From NCBI GenBank assembly GCA_020349945.1, contig CP070704.1, positions 1,993,749-2,057,748 on the forward strand: DNA of 64,000 bases, in the 5' to 3' direction. The notes below the pieces were generated by a model that did not search any database, was not told where the DNA came from, and saw only the letters and a program-made list of their open reading frames with translations. Position 1 is the stretch's first letter. Each line of letters begins with the position of its first letter. Below, piece by piece: positions 28,627-38,136 of the stretch. The translations under genes were made by a program, and so were the position numbers. The stretch is from Deltaproteobacteria bacterium (GTDB lineage: Bacteria; Desulfobacterota; DSM-4660; Desulfatiglandales; B25-G16).

Positions 28627-29676
28627 TTAAAAAATGAAGTTTCCAAAGAACCAACCTACCAGTGTGCCAAGAATAACGATAGTGCACACATAGACAACTG
28701 CTTTTTTGATTCCGAAGACCCTTGCTATGGCCAACCAGTTGGGCAAGCTTAGACCGGGCCCGGTGAGAAGAAGGGTAAGTGCCGGTCCTTTACCCATTCC
28801 CAGTTTCAAGAGCGTATCCACAAATGGTGCCTCGGTCATGGTGGCAAAGTAGCTTATTGCCCCAATCATAGTGGCAAGGAATGAGGCAGAAATTCTGTTT
28901 CCCCCAAGCCAGCCTTTTATCCATTCTTCAGGTAAGATTTTTCCTATCACCCCTACGATAAAGACGCCGATCAAAAGTAAGGGGAAGATGATCCTGACAA
29001 ACCACCAGGTCTCCCTTAACCAGTCTCTTATTTTCTCCTTTGATAGCATTTTGGCCACGTAAATCACCGTGACTGCGGTTAGGATACCCCAAACCAAGAC
29101 CTTGTAACCGTAAGGCCCGCTTGTTACCAGATAATTGGGTAAGAGGAGAGAGAGCAGTATGAGCAGTAAGAGGATTAAATCCCGCTTGGCAATGATACTG
29201 GTCTTTTCCGGTTTCCTTTGTGGCAGGGTTGACTCCTCCTTCTTCGTTCGGAAGGCAAGGGTCATGACGCTACCCACAATGAAAGCCATGAGAAGAGCGG
29301 CGACTATTCGCGAGGTAACCATACTGCCACCGAGAATACTTCCTGTGTACGTGAGGGCAAGGATATTTGCCGCTGGCGCAACCCAGAGGATAATAAAGGC
29401 TACCCCGATTCCTGCACCGCTAAAATAGAGCCCGCTTGCAACCGGGATGACCGTGCAGGAGCAGGCGGCCAGAAAAAAGCTTGATATACCTGCCAGGGAA
29501 AATGATTTAATCTTCCCTGCCTTCTCACCCAGGTGGTCAACAATAGCCTCACGCCTGATAAATGTGACAATCCCGCCCGCGAGAAGGAATGCCGGGATGA
29601 GACAGGTCAGAACATGGAGGGCAATATAGTCTTTTAGTGCGACAAACCCTGCCGTGAGAACATCTTCAATCACCAT
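28627..29676 (-). CDS. PF03773-type permease (ArsP-like / DUF318)
   Basis: 349 aa, polytopic, with the family's membrane-embedded Cys pair FFLAACSCTVIPVASG. Sits next to the Trx-like protein, as is typical for this family. Confidence 0.7.
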   Translation of the reverse strand: MVIEDVLTAGFVALKDYIALHVLTCLIPAFLLAGGIVTFIRREAIVDHLGEKAGKIKSFSLAGISSFFLAACSCTVIPVASGLYFSGAGIGVAFIILWVAPAANILALTYTGSILGGSMVTSRIVAALLMAFIVGSVMTLAFRTKKEESTLPQRKPEKTSIIAKRDLILLLLILLSLLLPNYLVTSGPYGYKVLVWGILTAVTVIYVAKMLSKEKIRDWLRETWWFVRIIFPLLLIGVFIVGVIGKILPEEWIKGWLGGNRISASFLATMIGAISYFATMTEAPFVDTLLKLGMGKGPALTLLLTGPGLSLPNWLAIARVFGIKKAVVYVCTIVILGTLVGWFFGNFIF

Positions 29677-29765
29677 TCATTCTCCTTTTTAAAAGGTACA
29701 ATCCTAACATGTAACAGTTAGAGATAATGGCTATATCGCCATATTCTCATAGGGCGATATAAACC

Positions 29766-30122
29766 CTACCTCTTGCAGATTTCCTCTCTTTGAATAGCGG
29801 GGAGTTTCTTTACTATCTCAGACATCTCAGGTTCATCCTCCAGCCAGTGCCTGAGGTTTCCTAAGAGGCTTGCCACATAGGGACTGTTGCTTCCGTCTGT
29901 GAGATGATAGTTGGCCCATAAACCATCTTTTTGAGAATCAACAAGCCCGGCATTCTCCAGGATTTTCAGGTGCTTGGATACAGAAGGCTGGGCTATCTGC
30001 AAGGCCTCCCGAATCTCACAGACACACATCCGCTTATGCTGAAGCATCTTGACAATCTTCACCCGGTTAGGATCGGAAAGGGCCTTCATGACCTTCACAA
30101 AATCCTTCACGATAAACTCCAT
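29766..30122 (-). CDS. arsR: ArsR/SmtB-family metalloregulator
   Basis: LSDPNRVKIVKML....MCVCEIREAL.IAQPSVSKHLKIL..AGLV. A winged HTH with the CVC metalloid-binding motif at the ArsR position. Confidence 0.85.
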   Translation of the reverse strand: MEFIVKDFVKVMKALSDPNRVKIVKMLQHKRMCVCEIREALQIAQPSVSKHLKILENAGLVDSQKDGLWANYHLTDGSNSPYVASLLGNLRHWLEDEPEMSEIVKKLPAIQREEICKR

Positions 30123-30442
30123 CTATATTCCTTTTTGGGAATATAATCCCCGGCTTTATTCATGTCAAGGATTTTTTTGAGAGGGTTTTTTGAGATTCAG
30201 ATTTTCTTAAAGGAGGTTCTGCTTGTGGTGAGAGAGGGAGTCTTGCAGGACAAAATATCTGTGGCTTGCTGCGGCATCATGGAAATCCTTCTACATCTTA
30301 AGCTCGTTCTATCTCAAAAGCGCGTAGCAGCTTAGGGAAAGATCTACTATGGGCCTCTTCCCCTTTCCGTATAATAGATATCAACTGTTATTGTCTCGGC
30401 TCTCCATTCATCCATATTTTGACTGCTCAGTAATCTCGGGAT

Positions 30443-31138
30443 CTACAGGAGATTCAGAATCTCCAGTGGCTGCTCAATCAGTGCCTTCGCCCCGCTCTCT
30501 TGCAGCTCCTCTGCCGGGCGGAAACCCCAGAGCACCCCAACCGGGAACATGCCAGCCGCAGCCGCGGTCTTCATGTCCACGGCGCTGTCGCCGAGGTAGA
30601 GGATCTCTGCTGGAGAAACTCTGAGGCGCTCAGCCACCTCCAGTGCACCAGCCGGATCCGGCTTCCTCTTGACTGCATTGCGCTGGCCGAGGACTACGTC
30701 AAAGGTCCACTTAGGTAGAAGATCAGCCACGCATCGTTTTGTAAACTCATGCTGCTTGTTGGACAAAACTGCTATCTTAAGCCCGCGTTCAGTCAGTGCA
30801 TCCAGCATTTCCGTAATGCCCTTGTAGGCCCTTGTCTTCACATTCCAGTTCCGACCGTAGTCCTCGTTGAAGGCCTTAAGGCAGGCGCGGATGGTTTTAT
30901 CATTTCGTTGCTCTTTGGGCAGTGCACGGGCGATGAGCATGACAGTCCCGTCGCCGATGAAATAGCGGTATTCATCCAAGGTATGTGTGGGGAAGCCCCT
31001 TCTCGTCATAACACGATTAACAGAGTCACGCAGGTCTTCCAGCGTGTCAAGCAACGTCCCGTCGAGGTCAAAAATTATGGCTTTGTAGGTTATGGCCGTC
31101 CTCTTCTCCATCTCATTTCCCGCGTTTAGAGGTTGCAA
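30443..31138 (-). CDS. HAD-superfamily phosphatase (phosphoglycolate phosphatase-like)
   Basis: IIFDLDGTLLDT (motif I), VLSNK (motif II) and YLGDSAVDMKTA (motif IV). An alternative start at ATG 31111 is possible. Very GC-rich (one 60-nt line counted at 41/60). Confidence 0.8.
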   Translation of the reverse strand: MQPLNAGNEMEKRTAITYKAIIFDLDGTLLDTLEDLRDSVNRVMTRRGFPTHTLDEYRYFIGDGTVMLIARALPKEQRNDKTIRACLKAFNEDYGRNWNVKTRAYKGITEMLDALTERGLKIAVLSNKQHEFTKRCVADLLPKWTFDVVLGQRNAVKRKPDPAGALEVAERLRVSPAEILYLGDSAVDMKTAAAAGMFPVGVLWGFRPAEELQESGAKALIEQPLEILNLL

Positions 31139-31294
31139 ATAGCAGGGGCATGGTTTTCGGTACCGAGAGTATAGGGGAAAAAGAGCTGCGGGTCAATAAT
31201 GAGAGAAAGTTTCAAGTTGCTGGCAATTATTAAATGTAGTAGGAGTTTATAAAAACGAGCGATTGGAATAGGGGAGGGCGGTAAAAAAACGAGC

Positions 31295-32239
31295 ATGGAA
31301 GAGCAGCCAGATACAGACAGAAGCCAGGACACGGTATCCAGCATGATCGACTTTCTTGCTGCCAAGAGGGCTTATCCCATGTTTAGCAGAAAAGGGAACA
31401 TTTTTTTCAGGAAACCTGCTAACACGCTCCTGTCTGATGAAAAGGCAAAGGAGATTATAGATCAACTGAAACTAAAAACAGGTGAGGACTGCAGGAGAAT
31501 AAGAGAGATCGTAAAGGAGCGATTGGATCAAGAAAGGACAAATAGGCCTATTCGGGAATGGATCAAGGAAGAAAGACCACGAGAGATGCTTCACAGGTAC
31601 GGCCCATCGAGACTTTCCCTATCAAAGCTTCTGGCAATAATTCTAAGAACTGGAAGAGAGGGCATGAGTGCAGAGGAATTAGGGAGATCTATTCTGAATA
31701 GATTCAAGACATTGAGGGGTATAGACAGTAGTCCCTTATCAGAGCTTTGCTCCATCCAGGGTGTGGGAGAGGCAAAGGCAGCACAGATAAAAGCGGCATT
31801 GGAGTTGGGGAAGAGACTTTATAGAGAGAGGGCGGAAAGGAAGAGAAAGATAAGCAGTGCTGTAGATGTCATCACGTATGTATCTGAATATTATGCCCCA
31901 TATTTGAGGGATTCCACCAAGGAATTTTTCAATATTATCTTATTGGATTCCAGGAATAAACCCATTGATAACATAGAGATTAGCAAGGGAAGCATAACAG
32001 CAAGTGTGGTGGATCCAAAGGAAATTATCAGGGAGGCAACCATGAAGTCAGCGTCTGCCATTATCTTGATTCATAACCATCCTTCCGGCGAGCCAGACCC
32101 CTCACAGGATGATATCCACATAACAGACCAGATAGTTCGGGCCTGCAATCTTGTAGGGATAAAGGTCCTGGACCACGTCATCATAGGGAAAGATACCGAT
32201 GATTATGTAAGCCTCCTGGAGAAAGGGCTGATACGATAG
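31295..32239 (+). CDS. radC: RadC-like JAB/MPN-domain protein with an extended N-terminus
   Basis: HhH region LSELCSIQGVGEAKAAQIKAALELGKR and the JAMM motif ILIHNHPSGEPDPSQDD. About 85 extra N-terminal residues relative to typical ~225-aa RadC proteins; the start is uncertain. Confidence 0.8.
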   Translation: MEEQPDTDRSQDTVSSMIDFLAAKRAYPMFSRKGNIFFRKPANTLLSDEKAKEIIDQLKLKTGEDCRRIREIVKERLDQERTNRPIREWIKEERPREMLHRYGPSRLSLSKLLAIILRTGREGMSAEELGRSILNRFKTLRGIDSSPLSELCSIQGVGEAKAAQIKAALELGKRLYRERAERKRKISSAVDVITYVSEYYAPYLRDSTKEFFNIILLDSRNKPIDNIEISKGSITASVVDPKEIIREATMKSASAIILIHNHPSGEPDPSQDDIHITDQIVRACNLVGIKVLDHVIIGKDTDDYVSLLEKGLIR

Positions 32240-32262
32240 AGAACTCCCGCTTATGGATATCC

Positions 32263-35200
32263 ATGCGAGATCATTTAACATTTGAGCAATACTGCGCCTT
32301 TGATTGCACCAGGAATATGGTTGTTACTGCCGGCCCTGGCTCAGGAAAAACAAGGGTCTTAACCGAACGGTTCTGCCATATAATCCTCACCAATGACGAT
32401 GTCGGCATAGGAGAGATTTTGGCCCTGACCTTCACAGAAAAGGCAGCCGAGGAGATGAAGGCCCGGATCTATACAGAGCTTTCCCGTATAGTGAATGAGC
32501 TGAGGCGAAGAGAAGGTAACGACAGCGCAATCATCGGGAGGTTAAAGGAGGCCTTGGATAATTTTTCAAAAAACAGGATCGGCACCATCCACTCTTTTTG
32601 CGCCTATCTTTTACGTCAGTATCCTGTTGAGGCAGCTATTGATCCGGGATTCATAATTATCCAGGGATTAACCCAAAGAGAGATGATCTTGAAGGCCATT
32701 AGATCAGCAATCTCTACACTATCTCAGGAGAACCGCGATGACCTGACCAAACTCATACGGGCCTTTGGGAATGGGGGATATCTCCTTGAGGCAATAAGGA
32801 ATGTTATAGAACACCCTATAACCTTTAAGAGGATCCTGACAACAAGGGATCATCTATGTAACAAAAAGGACTGGAAGGGTCAGGTATTTAAAGAGTACTG
32901 TTGCTATATAAAGGATTACCTCCTGATCCCTTACTACAAAGGGCTAAAGCAGATGAAAGATGGGAAAGGGCAATTTGACCATGTAATGGGCCTTTTGAGT
33001 GACTGGTACAAGAAAAAGAACTACTGCCCAGATGACTTTGGTATCCCGTCTCTTTTTGCCCAATTAAGGGGCCTTTCCCGGCAAAGGCCGGCCAAAGGCC
33101 CAAGGCTGATGGTAAGGCTGGGTACCAGAGAGATCTCCTATCTTGATATACTAGATACATTTTATCCGGATCTGTTTACCCTTCTTAACCCTGACCACAT
33201 CTTTGAACAGGGGCTGAATATATTCTTGGAGCTGGCCGAGGTAGCTTTGCAGTGTTACCAACGAGAGAAGCGGGTGGTCAATGCCCTTGATTTTGCAGAC
33301 CTAGAGGCAAAGACCCTTGAATTCCTGAAGACCCTCTTTTTTTCTGAGAGCCCATTCCTCATGAAAAGGATTCAAGAGAGATTCAAATATATCATGGTTG
33401 ATGAATTTCAAGATACCAATCGAAACCAATGGGAGATTATATGCCTCCTCGTCTCGGGTAGAGATACAAAGGGCAGTCCTGTTTTGAGAAAGGACAAACT
33501 TTTCGTTGTTGGTGACAAAAGGCAGGCCATATATAGGTTCAGGGGAGCAGATGTAACAGTCTTTGATGCCGTTACAGAGGAGATAAAGAGATCAAATGTG
33601 TCTAATAAAGAACCCTTTTTCTGGCACAATGATCGGATAATTAAAGGGATGCTCTATAAAGACCAGGGTCTGGATAAAGAAGTCCATGAGCACACTGCCC
33701 TTTTTGACGGCATGCCACGGCAGGAAAGGGAGAAGATACTGAGAGGTGATATACACCTGAGTTCAAATTTTAGATCTGACTCAGAGCTCATAAGGTTCTT
33801 TAACGCTACCTTTAAACATATCTTCAGTAACAAGGGTATCGCTGCCCTTAAGGCATACGAGTGCGAGCACTTACCCATCAAAAAGGCACGATCTTCGGAT
33901 AAGAAAGAAGAAGAAGGATCGGTTGTCTTTTACCTTATCCCCAATCAAGGGGGGGGTTCCGGAAAGACGGAGCGATACAACAAGGCAGAGAGGGAGGCCT
34001 CTCTTATTGCAGATATTATTAACAGGATGATGGGCAAGCAGGGAAAAGAGGTGCCCGAATATCAACGTTATCAGTCCATAAGGGAAAGAATAGAGAAGGG
34101 GCAACCAGCAATCGGTCTCCTTTTCTTTGCCTACACCCATGTAAAGACATTCGAGGCGATATTCCGGGAGGCCGGACTGCCTTTTGTTGTTAATAAGGGG
34201 AAGGGATTTTATAGGTGCGAAGAGGTTATGGAGATGGTCCAGTTGTTAGTCTATTTGGTAGATAAAAGACAAAGGGTTTCCCTATTAGCTGCCCTAAGAG
34301 GATCAATCTTTGCCTTAACCGATCCAGAGATATTTGATTTCTTTACGGGTGAGATGCCCCTTTATGACACATTTCTCAGCTCCCCTCAGGGATACCTGAG
34401 GAGGATTGGAAATCAACTCCATACCTGGCACTTACTGGCAGGCCACCTGCCAATACCTGAGTTGATAAGAACTATTGTAAGAGATAGAGGATTGATGGCT
34501 TCGCTATCCGCCCATCCGAATAGAATCCAACGAATGGCCAATATGGAAAAGTTGATAGAGATAGCCAGGCGGTTTGAGTCAGAGGGAAATGGATCTTTAC
34601 CGGATTTCGTTTCCTATTGCCTGAGAATGGCTGAAGAAGAAGATGATGAAGGAGAGGCTACAGGAGAGCTGCCAAATGGGGTTCCCATCCATCTCATGAC
34701 CATACATGCTGCCAAGGGCCTTGAATTTCCCATGGTAATAATTCCTCAATTGGATAGGCCTGTCCCTAAAGAACCAAAACCGGGAAAGCCCTTAAGGCTT
34801 TACCCAGCTGATCATTCAAGACCAGACGTGTGGAATGATAAGGAAGGTCTTCTCCCTATCTTTGGTGTTGAATTTCCTTTTGCAGATTTTAGGAGGGTCC
34901 TCAGCCCCCTGTCTTTTATCCTTAAGAGGAGGGATACCTTAGAAGATGTTGCTGAGAATCGGAGGGTCTTTTACGTTGGCTGCACGAGAACCATGCATCA
35001 TCTTATCCTGACTGGTCATATGGAAGTAGGAAAGGGTAGGGATAGTGACAGTTCCCTTACCTCCCTTGACTACAGAGAAGGCGCCCCCATTATGCACCTC
35101 CTGGATGATATATGGGCAATCAGCACCAGATTCAGGGAGGATATGATAGGGAGATATCCACGAAAGGATGAGTTCCCTTTGGTTGTATGGACTCACCCAG

Positions 35201-36141
35201 CCCCGAAAGCATTTGCTGGGGTAAATTACGGTGAGCAGAAACTGTCCGTACATCATTTTGGAACCATGGATGATAGGATAAAACGACTCGATTTTACTCA
35301 GCCATTGGCCACTCCTTCCTATTATCAGCTAAGCCCAACAGGCCTCGCTATGTTCAAGCGATGCCCTCTGAAATTTTACTACAGATATTGGTTACGCGTA
35401 CCTGAGGAGCCCCTTTTCCCAATGGGAAGTGACTATATAGAGGATCTATTGGAAGATAGGGGCGAAGGTGAGGCGATTGAGCCAAGGGTCATTGGCACTA
35501 TTGTGCACAGCTATCTCGAAAGACACCTATTTGGATCTGATCTTGATCAGGATTTATTAGAGGCCCTGTTTGCGACACTTTTAGGTCAGAAGAGGGAGAC
35601 AATGCTTCTCGACAGATCAGTGCTTGAAAGGATGAAGACCAGGGTGAGGGAATTAGTTTTAACTGCCATTACAGATGAAGCCGTTTCAGGGCTCCTCACT
35701 GGGGTCATCCAATATTCTGAACTCCCCTTTGTTTTAAATAATGATGGATACACCTTGAGGGGAAGAATAGACAAACTCTTTAAAGATAAGAGGGATGATG
35801 AGTGGGCTATCATAGACTGGAAGACAGGGGAGGTGCAGGATAAAGACCCTGTCATCTTTGCCAGGGAAAATCATCTTGACTTACAGTTAGCCTGCTATAG
35901 GCTTGTTGTAGAAAAACTGGAAAATACAAGAGTCAAGGGGATGTATCTGTATTTTATCTCTTTGGGAAGGCTTGTTGAGATAGACTATAGAGGCGACCCA
36001 GGTAAGGAGATCGGTGATCTCATAAGGTTCATTGAGACGTATAAGGCGGATCCTGACACGGTTGGGAAAAGCATGAAGGAGACAAAAAGGGCAGGGGGGG
36101 AATGTTGCAGGTGCAATTATTCTAAAATTGAGGTCTGTTAA
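32263..36141 (+). CDS. UvrD/AddA-like SF1 helicase fused to a C-terminal Fe-S PD-(D/E)XK (AddB/Cas4-type) nuclease
   Basis: Helicase motifs: AGPGSGKT (I), MVDEFQDTN (II), VGDKRQAIYRFRGA (III), SNFRS (IV), TIHAAKGLEFPMVIIP (V), VFYVGCTRTMHHLILT (VI). Nuclease motifs: FKRCPLKFYY (Cys 1), RGRIDKL, WAIIDWKTGE (D/ExK), QLACYRL (QxxxY) and a terminal CCRCNYSKIEVC (Cys cluster). Confidence 0.85.
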   Translation: MRDHLTFEQYCAFDCTRNMVVTAGPGSGKTRVLTERFCHIILTNDDVGIGEILALTFTEKAAEEMKARIYTELSRIVNELRRREGNDSAIIGRLKEALDNFSKNRIGTIHSFCAYLLRQYPVEAAIDPGFIIIQGLTQREMILKAIRSAISTLSQENRDDLTKLIRAFGNGGYLLEAIRNVIEHPITFKRILTTRDHLCNKKDWKGQVFKEYCCYIKDYLLIPYYKGLKQMKDGKGQFDHVMGLLSDWYKKKNYCPDDFGIPSLFAQLRGLSRQRPAKGPRLMVRLGTREISYLDILDTFYPDLFTLLNPDHIFEQGLNIFLELAEVALQCYQREKRVVNALDFADLEAKTLEFLKTLFFSESPFLMKRIQERFKYIMVDEFQDTNRNQWEIICLLVSGRDTKGSPVLRKDKLFVVGDKRQAIYRFRGADVTVFDAVTEEIKRSNVSNKEPFFWHNDRIIKGMLYKDQGLDKEVHEHTALFDGMPRQEREKILRGDIHLSSNFRSDSELIRFFNATFKHIFSNKGIAALKAYECEHLPIKKARSSDKKEEEGSVVFYLIPNQGGGSGKTERYNKAEREASLIADIINRMMGKQGKEVPEYQRYQSIRERIEKGQPAIGLLFFAYTHVKTFEAIFREAGLPFVVNKGKGFYRCEEVMEMVQLLVYLVDKRQRVSLLAALRGSIFALTDPEIFDFFTGEMPLYDTFLSSPQGYLRRIGNQLHTWHLLAGHLPIPELIRTIVRDRGLMASLSAHPNRIQRMANMEKLIEIARRFESEGNGSLPDFVSYCLRMAEEEDDEGEATGELPNGVPIHLMTIHAAKGLEFPMVIIPQLDRPVPKEPKPGKPLRLYPADHSRPDVWNDKEGLLPIFGVEFPFADFRRVLSPLSFILKRRDTLEDVAENRRVFYVGCTRTMHHLILTGHMEVGKGRDSDSSLTSLDYREGAPIMHLLDDIWAISTRFREDMIGRYPRKDEFPLVVWTHPAPKAFAGVNYGEQKLSVHHFGTMDDRIKRLDFTQPLATPSYYQLSPTGLAMFKRCPLKFYYRYWLRVPEEPLFPMGSDYIEDLLEDRGEGEAIEPRVIGTIVHSYLERHLFGSDLDQDLLEALFATLLGQKRETMLLDRSVLERMKTRVRELVLTAITDEAVSGLLTGVIQYSELPFVLNNDGYTLRGRIDKLFKDKRDDEWAIIDWKTGEVQDKDPVIFARENHLDLQLACYRLVVEKLENTRVKGMYLYFISLGRLVEIDYRGDPGKEIGDLIRFIETYKADPDTVGKSMKETKRAGGECCRCNYSKIEVC

Positions 36142-36312
36142 GCTCTTTCCCTAACGGGAGTTACACCCAGGCCAAGAAGACACGAACTTCACGGGCAGGC
36201 TCCAGTTGTGAGAGCGATGCTATAATTTCTAGGCTATAGATAGGAAAACGGTCTTCATTCCCTCTGATTGATACTGAGGCTGCTAACTGCAGCATCATTC
36301 TGCCTTAAAGAG

Positions 36313-36753
36313 TCAGACATTGTGACCCTCGGCGACAGCCACTTCGTCCTGATTTCTAATAGTCCAATCGTACTCGCATATCCAGCCCTTCCTGGTTTTC
36401 TTTTTGCTCGTCACCTCTGTTTCCATCCTTATGCCTTCACCTGGGTAAACAGGGGCCAAAAACCTCATGTTGGTGGTGCCGATGTAGGCGATAATGTCGG
36501 CCAAGAAGCCAGCTTGTATGAGCAGTCCATAGGCAATGTTGAGAGTGCACAACCCAGGTACTAGTTGGGTCTTCCAATTGTTAGCCTGAGCAGCCTTCTC
36601 GCTGAGAAACTGTGGAGCGATGTCTCCGCCGAGAAGGGCAGACAATTCGACATCGGTTTTTGTTATTATGCGCGTTTTGGTGGTCAATTTGTCACCGATT
36701 TCCATCTTTTGTACGGGCATTCTCCAACTGTCTTCAATATAGTGCTTTGGCAT
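36313..36753 (-). CDS. MaoC-like (R)-hydratase / hotdog-fold protein
   Basis: Hotdog-fold length and pattern (GDIAPQFLSEKAA...VPGLCTL...). Start refined to ATG 36753, preceded by GGAAGGAGGAG. Confidence 0.6.
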   Translation of the reverse strand: MPKHYIEDSWRMPVQKMEIGDKLTTKTRIITKTDVELSALLGGDIAPQFLSEKAAQANNWKTQLVPGLCTLNIAYGLLIQAGFLADIIAYIGTTNMRFLAPVYPGEGIRMETEVTSKKKTRKGWICEYDWTIRNQDEVAVAEGHNV

Positions 36754-36952
36754 TTTCTCCTCCTTCCCTTGGCTAACTGGATATCTGAATCTGAATAGCA
36801 TACTTTTCCCTGAAAGCAAAATCTTCACCTACAAGTCTGTGTTGAATAGGTTGAGTTCACTGGCAGAGTCTATATGAAATGCCCAGCTGGGTTGGCACAA
36901 ATCTAATCCTCAGGGCGGGGATGTGAGAATTTCGGCAATCAGGAAACCATTC

Positions 36953-36981
36953 TTGACAAACCCTAAGAAAAATATGTTAAT
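36953..36981 (+). promoter_or_regulatory. Candidate sigma-70 promoter for the 2-hydroxyacid dehydrogenase gene
   Basis: TTGACA (36953-36958), a 17-nt spacer, GTTAAT (36976-36981), then GGAGAGGAGG and GTG 37021. Confidence 0.3.
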
Positions 36982-37020
36982 TCAATCCCAAAAGCAGACA
37001 GGATGGAGAGGAGGTAAATC

Positions 37021-38085
37021 GTGAAGATAGTCGCAGTGGGTGACGCTATGATCCCAGCCCGGTTCATCGCCAGTGCCTGCAAACTCATGAAGGATTTCCA
37101 GCCCGATGTGGCGACGCTTAGCTGGCTGGGGGAGCAAGATAAGGTTACATTGCAGGAGGAACGGATCAAGGTGGAGAAAGGGGGGCCTGATGCCGTTCCT
37201 ACGCCAGAGGGACTCATGGAGGTTGTTCCGGGTGTAGAGATGCTGTTTGTTCATTACTGCCCGGTCTCTCAAAGGGTTCTGGATGCCGCTGGCCCGGGCC
37301 TGAGGGTAGTGGGCACGTGCCGTGCCGGTTGTGAACATCTGGACGTTGCTGCGGCAACAGAGCGGGGAATTGTCGTGTTCAATGTGCGGGGTCGAAACGC
37401 GGGGGCCGTCTCTGATTTTGCTGTAGGCCTGATGTTGGCAGAATGCCGTAACATGGCTCGCTCCCATCTCGGAATTGCACGGGGGGCCTGGCGCAAGGAC
37501 TTCATAAATAGTTCCCATATCCCAGAGCTGGAGGGAAAGACCGTTGGCCTTGTAGGATTTGGTTGGGTGGGAAAACTGGTCTGCAAAAAACTCTCCGGTT
37601 TTGAGGTCAAGGTGCTTGTCTGCGACCCATACGTTTCGCAGGACATTGTGATAGGTTCCGGTGCCAGACCCGCTGATCTCGTAACCCTGATGCGGGAGTC
37701 CGATTTCGTATCCGTGCATGCGCGACTTACGCCGGAGAACAGAGGTATGATAGGTGCAAGGGAGTTATCGGTTATGAAGCCTACAGCATATTTCATAAAC
37801 ACGGCCCGGGCAGGCCTTGTGGATGAAGGGGCATTGCTTGAGGTCCTTGAAAAAAAGGCGATAGCAGGGGCAGCACTGGATGTCTTTCACCATGAACCGA
37901 TTCCTGCGGATCACCCACTGGTGAGGCTTGATAACGTGACCCTGACCTCCCACCTTGCCGGGACAACCAGCGAGGCGCTCAGCCGGTCGCCCATGCTCCT
38001 GGTGGAAGATATCTTAAGATATCTCAGGGGCCAAAGAGCCGAGTTCATTGTCAACCCGGAGGTTCTGCATAAAGGTGAGGGATGA
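37021..38085 (+). CDS. D-isomer-specific 2-hydroxyacid dehydrogenase family protein (GTG start)
   Basis: NAD-binding GLVGFGWVGKLV, a catalytic region ...SVHARLTPENRGMI...INTARAGLVDEGAL, and TSHLAG. GC-rich (36/60 in the first line). Confidence 0.8.
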   Translation: MKIVAVGDAMIPARFIASACKLMKDFQPDVATLSWLGEQDKVTLQEERIKVEKGGPDAVPTPEGLMEVVPGVEMLFVHYCPVSQRVLDAAGPGLRVVGTCRAGCEHLDVAAATERGIVVFNVRGRNAGAVSDFAVGLMLAECRNMARSHLGIARGAWRKDFINSSHIPELEGKTVGLVGFGWVGKLVCKKLSGFEVKVLVCDPYVSQDIVIGSGARPADLVTLMRESDFVSVHARLTPENRGMIGARELSVMKPTAYFINTARAGLVDEGALLEVLEKKAIAGAALDVFHHEPIPADHPLVRLDNVTLTSHLAGTTSEALSRSPMLLVEDILRYLRGQRAEFIVNPEVLHKGEG

Positions 38086-38136
38086 TAGGGGGAGCTGTAG
38101 CCAGTGCCGTGGGTCTTGTGTTGTTTCGTCTATAAA

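Noticed and set aside
36886-36905. A sigma-54 -24-like element TTGGCAC near 36890, and a second one (CTGGCACGCTCAGTCGCG) near 40307
   Set aside because: The first lacks a -12 TTGC element at the correct spacing. The second has poor -12 spacing and no plus-strand gene downstream.
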